Below, piece by piece: positions 25,040-32,536 of a stretch of 32,536 nt of DNA; positions within the stretch are counted from its first letter, which is position 1, and the number at the start of each line of letters is the position of its first letter. The position numbers and the translations under genes are program-made. The stretch comes from Candidatus Saccharimonadota bacterium (GTDB lineage: Bacteria; Patescibacteriota; Saccharimonadia; Saccharimonadales; Saccharimonadaceae). Location of the stretch: NCBI GenBank assembly GCA_027451185.1, contig DAIDJW010000001.1:1-32536 (forward strand). The letters are read 5' to 3'. The notes beneath the pieces are model-generated. The model saw only the letters and a program-made list of their open reading frames with translations. It was not told where the DNA came from and made no database searches.

Positions 25040-25048
25040 ATTGTAACA
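25040..25048 (-). promoter_or_regulatory. Extended -10 TGtTACAAT, 9 nt upstream of ATG 25030, with no SD.
   Basis: Minus strand TGTTACAAT-actccaggt-ATG. Confidence 0.5.
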
Positions 25049-25088
25049 TTTTTACCTCTGTTAATCGAGGCTGATTATTAAACGTTCG

Positions 25089-25135
25089 CAGTAGGTTAAA
25101 GGTTGCGCTTGCTCTACACGTGCCAGTAGGTTAAA
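25089..25135. repeat. 12-bp direct repeat CAGTAGGTTAAA x2 in a divergent intergenic region. Possible operator.
   Basis: Copies at 25089..25100 and 25124..25135. A degenerate third copy (gaTAGGTaag) lies near 25145..25154. Confidence 0.5.
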
Positions 25136-25158
25136 TTAAAATTAGATAGGTAAGACAA

Positions 25159-25674
25159 GTGACTGTAATTCAATTGGCCGATTATTCCGGTAGGCACAAA
25201 AGTGTAGAAGCTGAACCTGGCCAGCTGGCGGCCGTTATTCCGCTGCGCCCAAGTACCATGCCAGAACAACACGCCGATGGCTCGGTTGAACCGACAGGGG
25301 CTCGCGAAATCGCGTGGACGGAATCCAGGGTAATCGCCACGCAAGCTCTTCAAAAGGTCGTTGAACGACAGTTGTCACCAGAAGCCGTCGCTAGGCGTGA
25401 TATTAGACGCATCATTTCCGTGCTAGGCCACTACGCCGACTCGCTAGGCCGCGGTGGCCCAGACCCGAGTAGCGACGAACAGCGGTTTGCGACCAACGGC
25501 CGAATTGAGCATATTTTGGCCGTCAGGATTCAGGTCGAGACACGTGTCCGAGCTATGGCCGAGCAGGGTAATAGTAGTGCGTATACTCACAAAGCCATTC
25601 AATTTTATCTGCATAACGAGCATCCCGATCTTTACGAAATCGCTTGCGGCAAACGACCGCCTGGCGCAGAATAG
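25159..25674 (+). CDS. Hypothetical protein (171 aa, GTG start).
   Basis: The ORF has AGGTAAG 5 nt upstream of the GTG and abuts the hydrolase gene. No family recognised. The start is uncertain. Confidence 0.5.
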   Translation: MTVIQLADYSGRHKSVEAEPGQLAAVIPLRPSTMPEQHADGSVEPTGAREIAWTESRVIATQALQKVVERQLSPEAVARRDIRRIISVLGHYADSLGRGGPDPSSDEQRFATNGRIEHILAVRIQVETRVRAMAEQGNSSAYTHKAIQFYLHNEHPDLYEIACGKRPPGAE

Positions 25675-25680
25675 ACCCAT

Positions 25681-26457
25681 ATGTCACAAAAAATTATTAT
25701 GATTCACGGCTTTCGCGGCACCCACCACGGATTAGCCTTAATTGCCAAAAATTTACCCAGCTACGAGTCAATTATTCCCGATTTACCGGGTTTTGGTGAG
25801 GGTGACACGCTAAATAGCTACGATTTAGCTAGTTACGTTGAGTGGCTGCATGGCTATATCAAATTGCTCGGCTTGGTTGAAAAACCGATCCTCTTGGGCC
25901 ACTCCTTCGGCAGCATCATCTGCGCCGCTTACGCCGCTAAATATCCTGAAACCTTTGATAAATTAATTCTAGTTAACCCAATCGGCGCCCCGGCGCTAGA
26001 GGGTCCACGCGGCGCCCTAACAAAATTAGCCCAGTTCTACTACTGGCTAGGTGATGTCTTGCCCGATAAAGCCGCCCGTGCCTGGCTGGCTGCCAAGCCG
26101 GTGGTCTATATCATGAGCACCACCATGGCTAAAACCCGCGACCGCGAGCTAAGGCGCTGGATTCATAATCAGCACTTCACGTATTTCAGTCGTTTTCATA
26201 ACACCAAAAGCATCATGGAGGCTTTTAACACTTCAGTGACACACAATGTGCGCGAATCGGCACCGTTCGTCACTTCGAAAACACTGTTGATCGCTGGCGA
26301 CAAAGACGACATCACACCACTCGCCAAGCAACAAGAACTCCTCAAAATGTTTCCACATGCCGAATTAAAAGTGATCAAAGGTGTTGGCCACTTAACACAT
26401 TACGAAACACCGGACCAAGTAGCGGCCTTAGTTCAAGCGTTTATTAAATCAGTGTAA
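25681..26457 (+). CDS. Alpha/beta-fold hydrolase.
   Basis: Nucleophile elbow GHSFGS, late GDKDD, and GHLTHYE (catalytic His region). Confidence 0.85.
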   Translation: MSQKIIMIHGFRGTHHGLALIAKNLPSYESIIPDLPGFGEGDTLNSYDLASYVEWLHGYIKLLGLVEKPILLGHSFGSIICAAYAAKYPETFDKLILVNPIGAPALEGPRGALTKLAQFYYWLGDVLPDKAARAWLAAKPVVYIMSTTMAKTRDRELRRWIHNQHFTYFSRFHNTKSIMEAFNTSVTHNVRESAPFVTSKTLLIAGDKDDITPLAKQQELLKMFPHAELKVIKGVGHLTHYETPDQVAALVQAFIKSV

Positions 26458-27599
26458 ATCTTTTCAAAACGCGCTAAGGTAGTGCAAAGGTCATGCGTTT
26501 GAGCAATTTTTAAGCTTTCATCGCTGAATTTCTGGCGTAATTTTTTATCTAGTAGAATCTTCTTCAAACTTTCGGCAATTTGCTGGTCATCGTCTTTGTG
26601 GCACAAGAAGCCGTTGCGGCCGTCTTGGCATAATTCTTTTAAGGCACCGGCGTCAACCGCCACCACCGGTATACCCGAAGCCATCGCTTCAAGTGTAGCA
26701 ATACTCTGCAGCTCGGCCGGTGACGGCATACAAAAAACTGTGCCAACTTTATGCAGCTGGACGATTTCATCGTCGGTCACACGACCGGTAAAGGTGACGT
26801 GCGAGTGAACACCTAGGGCGTAAGACATTTCCTTCAGGTGATCGGTATCGGTACCGTCACCAACCACCAGTAGGTGCGAACCGGTCTCTTTTTGAATCTC
26901 GTCAAAGGCCTTGATAAGAACCGAGATGTGCTTCTCGGCATCAACCCGGCCAATGTAGCTGACAATCGGCTTGTCCAGCGGCAGGCCAAATTTGTGCGCC
27001 ACCGCTGGGTCAATCGTACCCGGCGTAAAACGCGACAAATCAATGCCATTACTGACCGCTTCGATGGTTTTGCCAACCTTGTCACCAGCCTTGAACATGT
27101 CAATCGCCGACTGCGTCGGCATAGTCACAACATCGGCCTTGGCATGAAAATGGGCGCCATACTCGCGCAACATATAGTTAATCGGGCGCGCCACCGGCGC
27201 CAATAATTTCAGGTTATCCATCAAGTTTTCCGGCATAGCGTGGTTGGTACTGACGATTGGAATACCGTATTTGTTACCATATTTCATGGCCGCCTGGCCA
27301 ATCCACATTAGCATTTGGATATGAATCACGTCGGGGTCGAACTCTTTGATAATCGCCTTGACCTCACGGTTTGGTGTCGGCGAAATACGAAAGTTCTGGT
27401 AAAACGGAAAGGGCACCGAGGCTGTTCGGACAATAATGTGATTTCCATCAATTTCTTTGTAGCGGCGTCCGGTTTGGCTCGGGGCGATGACTAGAACCTC
27501 ATGACCAAGGTCGGCCAGGCCTTTCGCCAGGTTACGACTAAATTTGGCGACGCCATTAATAGTCGGGTAGTGTAAGTCTGACGCGATAAGAATTTTCAT
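26433..27599 (-). CDS. Glycosyltransferase, GT4 family.
   Basis: N-terminal YPTINGVAKFSRNLAKGLADLGHEV, C-terminal PSPAELQSIATLEAMASGIPVVAVDAGALKE. 25-nt convergent overlap with the hydrolase gene. Confidence 0.85.
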   Translation of the reverse strand: MKILIASDLHYPTINGVAKFSRNLAKGLADLGHEVLVIAPSQTGRRYKEIDGNHIIVRTASVPFPFYQNFRISPTPNREVKAIIKEFDPDVIHIQMLMWIGQAAMKYGNKYGIPIVSTNHAMPENLMDNLKLLAPVARPINYMLREYGAHFHAKADVVTMPTQSAIDMFKAGDKVGKTIEAVSNGIDLSRFTPGTIDPAVAHKFGLPLDKPIVSYIGRVDAEKHISVLIKAFDEIQKETGSHLLVVGDGTDTDHLKEMSYALGVHSHVTFTGRVTDDEIVQLHKVGTVFCMPSPAELQSIATLEAMASGIPVVAVDAGALKELCQDGRNGFLCHKDDDQQIAESLKKILLDKKLRQKFSDESLKIAQTHDLCTTLARFEKIYTDLINA

Positions 27600-27608
27600 A
27601 TAGCCTAT

Positions 27609-27617
27609 ATTCTAACA
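27609..27617 (-). promoter_or_regulatory. Extended -10 TGtTAGAAT, 9 nt upstream of ATG 27599, with no SD.
   Basis: Minus strand TGTTAGAAT-ataggctat-ATG. Confidence 0.45.
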
Positions 27618-27640
27618 CACCACGTCCGGCGGCCAAATTA

Positions 27641-27649
27641 TGCTACAAT
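27641..27649 (+). promoter_or_regulatory. Extended -10 TGcTACAAT, 10 nt upstream of ATG 27660, with no SD.
   Basis: TGCTACAAT-atgtttaaat-ATG. Confidence 0.45.
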
Positions 27650-27659
27650 ATGTTTAAAT

Positions 27660-28793
27660 ATGAGACTATTTTTTGATGCCCGATATATTCGGCCCGACTT
27701 TCACGATGGTATCAGTCGCTATAGCACCGAGCTTGGCGCGGCGCTAGCTAGCCTGACGCCAATTACATTTATTATCTCCGACAAACGTCAGCTAGCCAAA
27801 TTGCCTGAAGGCTGTCGTTATGTCAAAATCCACGATCCAACCAACATCATGGAACCGTTTACCTCGCTGATACTTAACCAGTACAAGCCAGACGTGGTAT
27901 TCTCGCCGATGCAAACCATGGGGTCAGCCGGACGCAAATTCAAGCTTATCCTCACGACTCATGACCTTATTTATTACCGCCACCGCATACCGCCACGCAT
28001 GCTTAACCCCATGATTCGCGCTGGTTGGGTTATCTACCATTTAACTTACGTGCCAGAACGCCAAGCCCTCAACGGCGCCGACATCGTCGCTACAGTTAGC
28101 CAAACGACTCAGCGCCAAATCGAGCAAGTTAAGCTTACGAAACGGCCAATTATTGTCGTCCCTAACGCGCCGCAAGAATTAAACCAATATGTCGACAAGA
28201 TTGAGTTAGCCAAAAAACCGCGCAATCTAGTCTACATGGGCTCGTTTATGCCATATAAAAACGTCGAGACCTTGGTTAAAGGTATGAAGTACCTGCCAGA
28301 TTACACCTTGCACCTACTTAGTAAAATTAAGCCCGCCCGCCTAGCTGAGTTAGAGAAAATAGCTCCCCGCGGCGCAAAAATTGTCTTTCATAACGGCACC
28401 AGCGATGAAGATTACGCCAAGCTTTTGGCCGACGGCGGCATATTGGTGACCGCCAGTTTTGACGAAGGCTATGGCCTGCCCGTTGCCGAATCACTAATCC
28501 TTGGCGTGCCAGTTGTCGTCAGTGATATTGATGTTTTTCATGAAGTTGCCAGCAGTGGTGGACTATACTTTAATCCAAGTGACCCAAAGGAGTTCGCTGA
28601 GCGCGTCAAAGAACTCGACGACGACGGCTTGCGTCACCATCTGTCCGAGAGGGGCAAGGCTCATATCGAAACTTATAGTTGGCAGAGTTCGGCCCAAGAA
28701 CTACTTAACGCTATTAATCTGTTAGTTGCTGGTACAATAGATAATCATGGCCCAGAAGAAAAAACCATCGCCACGCCAGCACGCCATAGTTAA
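27660..28793 (+). CDS. Glycosyltransferase, GT4 / group 1 family.
   Basis: EGYGLPVAESLILGVPVVVSDIDVFHEV (E-x7-E region). Confidence 0.85.
   Translation: MRLFFDARYIRPDFHDGISRYSTELGAALASLTPITFIISDKRQLAKLPEGCRYVKIHDPTNIMEPFTSLILNQYKPDVVFSPMQTMGSAGRKFKLILTTHDLIYYRHRIPPRMLNPMIRAGWVIYHLTYVPERQALNGADIVATVSQTTQRQIEQVKLTKRPIIVVPNAPQELNQYVDKIELAKKPRNLVYMGSFMPYKNVETLVKGMKYLPDYTLHLLSKIKPARLAELEKIAPRGAKIVFHNGTSDEDYAKLLADGGILVTASFDEGYGLPVAESLILGVPVVVSDIDVFHEVASSGGLYFNPSDPKEFAERVKELDDDGLRHHLSERGKAHIETYSWQSSAQELLNAINLLVAGTIDNHGPEEKTIATPARHS
28730..28738 (+). promoter_or_regulatory. Extended -10 TGgTACAAT, 8 nt upstream of the smpB ATG, inside the 3' end of the GT gene.
   Basis: TGGTACAAT-agataatc-ATG. No SD. 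Confidence 0.45.
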
Positions 28794-29226
28794 TCGCCGG
28801 GCGTCTTTTGACTATAACCTTGGCGACGAACTAGTTACTGGTTTAGCCCTAACTGGGCCCGAAGTACGCGCCGCCCGCGACGGCCGGGTGCAGCTCAAAG
28901 GTTCATTTGTAACGATTCGCAACCATGAACTGTGGCTGAATAACGCCAGTTTTAGCCTTAAGTTGAACCAAGCCGGTCAACCTGGTGCAGCGGCCGTTGA
29001 TACCTCGCCGCGCAAACTCCTCGCCAGCCGCAAGCAAATCGACGCTTTGGAACGTCAGCGCGTTGCTGGCATGACAATCGTGCCACTGAAATTATTAACT
29101 GGCGGCCGCTTTATTAAGTTAGTCATAGCCATCGGCAAGGGTAAAAAGAACTACGACAAACGCGAAACCGTCAAACGCCGCGACGAAGCCCGCGAAACCA
29201 GCCGAATTCTAAAAAATAACTTCTAA
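28747..29226 (+). CDS. smpB: SsrA-binding protein SmpB.
   Basis: NRRASFDYNLGDELVTGLALTGPEVRAARDGRVQLKGSF, and LKLLTGGRFIKLVIAIGKGKKNYDKRETVKRRD with a basic tail. 47-nt overlap with the upstream GT gene. Confidence 0.92.
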   Translation: MAQKKKPSPRQHAIVNRRASFDYNLGDELVTGLALTGPEVRAARDGRVQLKGSFVTIRNHELWLNNASFSLKLNQAGQPGAAAVDTSPRKLLASRKQIDALERQRVAGMTIVPLKLLTGGRFIKLVIAIGKGKKNYDKRETVKRRDEARETSRILKNNF

Positions 29227-29264
29227 AAAAGGAAATCCCCGCCGTCCGAATGGACTGCGGGGAT
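29225..29264 (-). terminator. Hairpin terminator for minus-strand ORF 29278..29742. It may also serve smpB.
   Basis: atccccgc (29235..29242) / gcggggat (29257..29264), 14-nt loop. On the minus strand it is followed by TTTCCTTTTTT. Confidence 0.6.
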
Positions 29265-29277
29265 CCTGTAGTGCGCT

Positions 29278-29742
29278 TCAGCAGGCATTGCTCAGGCGGG
29301 TCACCGCACTGATGTGGCGAGCTGATGTCTTGGGGGTGGCCACTTCGCCGCCGCCAACCTTCAGGGCGGCGTACTTGAAATCGCCGTTCGGTCGGTAGTA
29401 GACGTTCAGCTGAGCCGGCCGATTGTTGCCCCTTACCACGTTGATCTTGCACCATCCGGCGCTACGGCTAACCAGCTCGAGCACCGAACCAGCCGGAACT
29501 ACCACCGTGACCGAATCAACCTGCTTGCGTGGCCGATCGTACGAATCGGTTCGTGGCATCGACGGCTTCGTGAAGCTCAGGCGGCCGTTCTTGGACCACA
29601 TTTCCAGCACCATCTCCTTTTCGATAACGACCTTCTTGGCCGCTATCTGCAGACAGCTGCGGAGCACTTCAGGCACATCACCTGGCTTCGACCGGACCGG
29701 TCCAGGCTTGGGCGATTCTTCCACCCAGCTTTTTACTGCCAC
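29278..29742 (-). CDS. Hypothetical protein (154 aa, GTG start) with GC3-rich codon usage. Probably horizontally acquired.
   Basis: AGGAG lies 6 nt upstream of the GTG. Codons favour AAG, CTG, GTG, GGC and CGC, unlike neighbours. No family recognised. Confidence 0.6.
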   Translation of the reverse strand: MAVKSWVEESPKPGPVRSKPGDVPEVLRSCLQIAAKKVVIEKEMVLEMWSKNGRLSFTKPSMPRTDSYDRPRKQVDSVTVVVPAGSVLELVSRSAGWCKINVVRGNNRPAQLNVYYRPNGDFKYAALKVGGGEVATPKTSARHISAVTRLSNAC

Positions 29743-29842
29743 GTTCCGCTCCTAGTATTGCACGTACAGGACATTTCTTGTTATAACTTAAAACTATCAA
29801 AAAGTCAATATGGCCTATGTAGTGATTGCCCCTACTAAACAG

Positions 29843-29851
29843 TGGTACAAT
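29843..29851 (+). promoter_or_regulatory. Extended -10 TGgTACAAT, 6 nt upstream of ATG 29858 (leaderless-type).
   Basis: TGGTACAAT-gggcat-ATG. Confidence 0.5.
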
Positions 29852-29857
29852 GGGCAT

Positions 29858-30658
29858 ATGAAGCTATATTCCTGGAACGTCAACGGTATCCGTGCGGTCA
29901 TTAACAAGGGCGCTTTCCAAGCGTTTGTTGCCGAGCGCCAGCCGGATATTTTATGTCTACAGGAAACTAAAGCCAAACAGGGTCAAGCCGAAATTGACTT
30001 GCCGGGCTACTTTGAATATTGGAACAGCGCCGACAAGCCTGGCTATAGCGGTACGGCGATTTTTAGTAAAGTTCAGCCGCTGCAAGTTTTAAATGGTCTT
30101 GCCGATGCGGTTGCCGAGAAATACAATTTGGCTGACGACGGTTACGGCGACCCGACGCACGAGGGTAGGGTAATTTCAGCCGAGTTTGAAGACTTTTGGG
30201 TGGTCACAGTTTACACGCCAAACTCCAAAGATGATTTGTCGCGGCTCAAGCTGCGCCACGAGCAATGGGACCCGGCATTTCTAGAACATGTTAAAGAGCT
30301 CGAGAAGACCAAACCGGTGTTATTTTGCGGCGATCTAAACGTTGCTCACAGCGAAATCGACCTAGCTAACCCTAAAGCAAATGTCGGTAAGCACGGCTTT
30401 ACTAACGAAGAACGCGCCGGCTTTGACGCCTTTGAGGCCGCCGGACTAGTAGATACTTTTCGCTACTTACACCCCGGCCAAACCGCCGCTTACACCTGGT
30501 GGACGCATTGGGCCAACGCTAGGGCCCGCAACGTCGGATGGCGAATTGACTACTGGCTAGTGTCAAAAAGTTTGCTGTCAAAGGTTAAGTCAGCCGAAAT
30601 TCACCCGCAGGTCATGGGTTCCGACCACTGTCCAGTTAGCATAACGGTCGAGGTTTAA
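29858..30658 (+). CDS. xth: Exodeoxyribonuclease III (AP endonuclease, Xth family).
   Basis: MKLYSWNVNGIRA, DILCLQETK, GYSGTAIFSK, CGDLNVAH, WTHW...RIDYWLVS, SDHCPV. The start is set to ATG 29858. The track start at 29810 would put the -10 box inside the gene. Confidence 0.9.
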   Translation: MKLYSWNVNGIRAVINKGAFQAFVAERQPDILCLQETKAKQGQAEIDLPGYFEYWNSADKPGYSGTAIFSKVQPLQVLNGLADAVAEKYNLADDGYGDPTHEGRVISAEFEDFWVVTVYTPNSKDDLSRLKLRHEQWDPAFLEHVKELEKTKPVLFCGDLNVAHSEIDLANPKANVGKHGFTNEERAGFDAFEAAGLVDTFRYLHPGQTAAYTWWTHWANARARNVGWRIDYWLVSKSLLSKVKSAEIHPQVMGSDHCPVSITVEV

Positions 30659-30659
30659 G

Positions 30660-31454
30660 ATGGATTTTGATTACTGGCACAAACAAATGCCCGGCACGCC
30701 GCTATTTCCGGATATTGAGTGGTCTAGGCCCGAGCAACGGTCACACGCTGGCCGGCTGGGTATCATCGGCGGCAATAAGCTGGGCTTTGCTGGCGTCGCC
30801 GAAGCTTACGGCGTGGCCGCAAAAGCCGGAGTAGGTGAGGTTAGGGTTCTGCTGCCCGACGCTTTGCGCAAGCAGATTCCGACAGTTATTACCGACGCGG
30901 TGTTTGCGGCCAGCAATATGTCCGGTAGCCTGGCGCGTGACGCTCAAGCCGATATGCACGCCCTTGGCGCTTGGAGCACCGGCGTATTGCTAATTGGTGA
31001 CGCTGGCCGTAACAGCGAAACGGCGATTGTTTACGAAGATTTTATTCGCGACTACAGCGGACAGCTGGTGATTACCCGCGACGCCGTCGACTTGGTAAAG
31101 AATAGTTCGTCGGTGCTAGTTGAACGCCCCGATACGCTACTGGTGGTGTCGTTTGCTCAACTGCAAAAGCTTTTTCAAGCGGTATATTATCCGCGAATTT
31201 TGACATTTAGTATGCAGCTGACCAGCCTGGTCGAAACGCTACACAAATTTACGATTACATATCCGGTTGGCATCATGGTTTTACACAAAGAACAACTGGT
31301 GATTGCGCGCGACGGACAAGTCGTTACCATGGCCTGGCCAAACCCGATGGCGATTTGGCGGGGCAGTGTAGCTGCGCGGGCTTCGGTCTATTGGCTCTGG
31401 CACTCAGGTAAGCTCCTAGAATCCGTCACCACCAGCTTACTTGAATTATCTTAA
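30660..31454 (+). CDS. Divergent YjeF_C / NAD(P)HX-dehydratase-like (ribokinase-fold) protein.
   Basis: SHAGRLGIIGGNKLGFAGVAEAYGVAAKAGVGEVRVLLP resembles the HKG-x-G-x-vliiGGs-x-GA N-terminal pattern. The C-terminal GSGD-type motif is replaced (AIWRGSVAARAS). Confidence 0.45.
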   Translation: MDFDYWHKQMPGTPLFPDIEWSRPEQRSHAGRLGIIGGNKLGFAGVAEAYGVAAKAGVGEVRVLLPDALRKQIPTVITDAVFAASNMSGSLARDAQADMHALGAWSTGVLLIGDAGRNSETAIVYEDFIRDYSGQLVITRDAVDLVKNSSSVLVERPDTLLVVSFAQLQKLFQAVYYPRILTFSMQLTSLVETLHKFTITYPVGIMVLHKEQLVIARDGQVVTMAWPNPMAIWRGSVAARASVYWLWHSGKLLESVTTSLLELS

Positions 31455-31518
31455 ATACCAACACTAGCTCCAAATGGGGACGGAGTACTGGTCGCCGACA
31501 ATATTAACGCCTACCAAT

Positions 31519-31543
31519 CAAAAACGCCCTAAAGATAGGGCGT
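31519..31543 (-). terminator. Rho-independent terminator after tRNA-Leu.
   Basis: acgccct (31524..31530) / agggcgt (31537..31543), loop aaagat. On the minus strand it is followed by TTTTG. Confidence 0.6.
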
Positions 31544-31553
31544 GATTATTTCA

Positions 31554-31639
31554 TGGTACCGCGAGCCGGACTTGAACCGGCACGTCCAGAGGACACCAGA
31601 TTTTGAGTCTAGCGTGTCTACCTATTCCACCATCGCGGC
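31554..31639 (-). tRNA. tRNA-Leu, anticodon CAA (type II, long variable arm).
   Basis: Hand-folded, 86 nt. Acceptor GCCGCGA/TCGCGGT, anticodon stem CTAGA/TCTGG with loop CTCAAAA, long variable arm, T arm GCCGG-TTCAAGT-CCGGC, discriminator A, encoded CCA. Confidence 0.92.
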
Positions 31640-31661
31640 ATGTACTCACGCGTACCAATGT

Positions 31662-31671
31662 ATTGTACAAT
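31662..31671. promoter_or_regulatory. Palindrome ATTGTACAAT that gives a TACAAT -10 box on both strands (tRNA-Leu and sortase divergent promoters).
   Basis: Read directly. The minus-strand TACAAT is 22 nt from the tRNA 5' end and the plus-strand TACAAT is 26 nt from ATG 31698. Confidence 0.4.
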
Positions 31672-31697
31672 AGAATTAAGTAGGATTCCAGATAGAT

Positions 31698-32536
31698 ATG
31701 AAGCCAGACGATCAAGATCAGACACCGCAAATCGTGCCAGCCCACAGCCCGGCTATTCAGCCTTCTGCTGAAACCGCGCCTCAAACGGAGGCGACAGATA
31801 ACCGCGCCCAGGCGGCCGAGGTTTTGCGTCATCAAATAGATAGCATTTATAACGGCGGCGGCGCAGTTTCGACGGGCGAGCTGGAAGTCGGTAACCCCTA
31901 CGAACGCACTCATGACGCAAATCCACAAATTGAAGTTGACGAATGGAAGGCTTATCACAGCGCTTGGCAAAATTACTACCGTCAATACTACGAAGCTTAT
32001 TACGCCCAACAAGCAAAGGCCAGCACTAGCAACCACCAGGCATATTTTTCATCACAGCCACCGCGAGCCGAACGGCTGACCGACAATATCGAAGACGAGA
32101 CTATCTCTAAAGACGAGGCGTTATATACGCTGCGACAAAAATTGCTTCAGACCGTGGTTAATCGGGCTCAGAAGGTTAAAAATAGCCGTCACTTCGGCCC
32201 AATCATATCAGCACTTGCAGTGGTGATTCTATTTGTCTTTATCCAATATAACCAGTTCTTCGTCGCCCAAGTCATGGCCTATGTTTCACCTGGGCAGATT
32301 GACCCGAACAATATCGTCGTTGACCCAAACGTCCAGGTTGTAGTTGGCCCCGATCCAAAATTAATCATTCCTAAGATTAATGTCGACGTGCCAGTTTCGT
32401 ACGACATTGGCAACGACTACAACTCTCAGATGGCCGCCATGGCCAAGGGTGTCGCGCACTTTGCTATTCCAGGAGCCTCTAGCCACCCAGGCGAAAATGG
32501 CAACACCGTTATTGCCGGCCACAGCAGTAATGATCT
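31698..32536 (+). CDS. Sortase-family transpeptidase with a long N-terminal cytoplasmic extension. The 3' end is truncated by the window edge.
   Basis: Absent from the ORF track because there is no stop in the window. I translated 279 codons by hand with no stop. TM helix FGPIISALAVVILFVFIQY, then LIIPKINVDVPV...AKGVAHFAIPGASSHPGENGNTVIAGHSSND (sortase His region). Confidence 0.8.
   Translation, partial: MKPDDQDQTPQIVPAHSPAIQPSAETAPQTEATDNRAQAAEVLRHQIDSIYNGGGAVSTGELEVGNPYERTHDANPQIEVDEWKAYHSAWQNYYRQYYEAYYAQQAKASTSNHQAYFSSQPPRAERLTDNIEDETISKDEALYTLRQKLLQTVVNRAQKVKNSRHFGPIISALAVVILFVFIQYNQFFVAQVMAYVSPGQIDPNNIVVDPNVQVVVGPDPKLIIPKINVDVPVSYDIGNDYNSQMAAMAKGVAHFAIPGASSHPGENGNTVIAGHSSND

Noticed and set aside
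25159-25674. Considered adding ORF 25159..25674 to the set of foreign high-GC3 islets.
   Set aside because: Its codon usage is mixed (ATT, GAA, CAA and AAA are common), like the backbone. Its slightly higher GC is not convincing by eye.
25114-25702. ORFs 25114..25353 (-), 25444..25680 (-) and 25454..25702 (+).
   Set aside because: They overlap the intergenic operator-like region or ORF 25159..25674 in other frames. No SD and no family.
26196-27206. ORFs 26196..26378 (-), 26596..26808 (+), 26834..27103 (-) and 26874..27206 (+).
   Set aside because: They are nested within the hydrolase or GT4 genes in other frames.
29171-29857. ORFs 29171..29455 (-) and 29423..29755 (+), and the 29810 start of xth.
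   Set aside because: The first two are alternative-frame or antisense to the GC-rich ORF 29278..29742. The 29810 start would place the TGgTACAAT box inside the gene and add 16 residues absent from Xth family N-termini (MKLYSWNVNG aligns with the family start).
31551-32036. ORFs 31551..32036 (-) and 31753..32016 (-).
   Set aside because: They overlap tRNA-Leu and lie antisense to the sortase ORF, which has clear family motifs.

Overview
Gene-dense bacterial chromosome segment. All calls come from reading the sequence and recalling motifs; no searches were run. The backbone is about 45-50% GC by hand estimate. Gene content fits a reduced, Gram-positive-like or CPR (Saccharibacteria-like) genome, but that taxon call is inference only.

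Backbone genes:
- Complete F1Fo ATP synthase operon on the minus strand (atpZ-like, then atpB-E-F-H-A-G-D-C).
- DEAD-box helicase, TRAM/RlmD-type RNA methyltransferase, UvrD-type helicase with a C-terminal RecB-type nuclease, Dus, ABC-F ATPase, SmpB and Xth.
- Three GT4 glycosyltransferases, an alpha/beta hydrolase, a Grx/NrdH-like protein and a 3'-truncated sortase.
- tRNA-Gln(CUG) and tRNA-Leu(CAA).
- No rRNA, CRISPR array or recognisable transposase.

Three large type IV pilin or pseudopilin-like surface proteins are scattered among the housekeeping genes (292..1509, 6754..8823, 20894..22930).

Main observations:
1. The left edge looks like part of a diversity-generating retroelement. A pilin-leader::FGE/C-lectin target gene is followed by an 8-bp/4-nt hairpin and the start of an Avd-like gene. 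TR and RT would lie outside the window.
2. A 110-bp GC-rich imperfect palindrome sits in frame inside dus and is open on both strands. This resembles Rickettsia palindromic elements.
3. Three small islets with high GC3 codon usage (2163..2630, 12999..13154, 29278..29742) look foreign. One of them has a consensus promoter, a heavily hairpinned leader and a DnaJ-type zinc-finger miniprotein.
4. (TGn)TAnAAT -10 boxes recur 6-10 nt upstream of ATG codons with no Shine-Dalgarno, which suggests widespread leaderless mRNAs and revises several start codons.
5. A stand-alone promoter-to-terminator unit encodes a 30-aa highly basic peptide that the ORF track missed.
6. A (CT)9 tract abuts the start codon of the candidate DGR target pilin.
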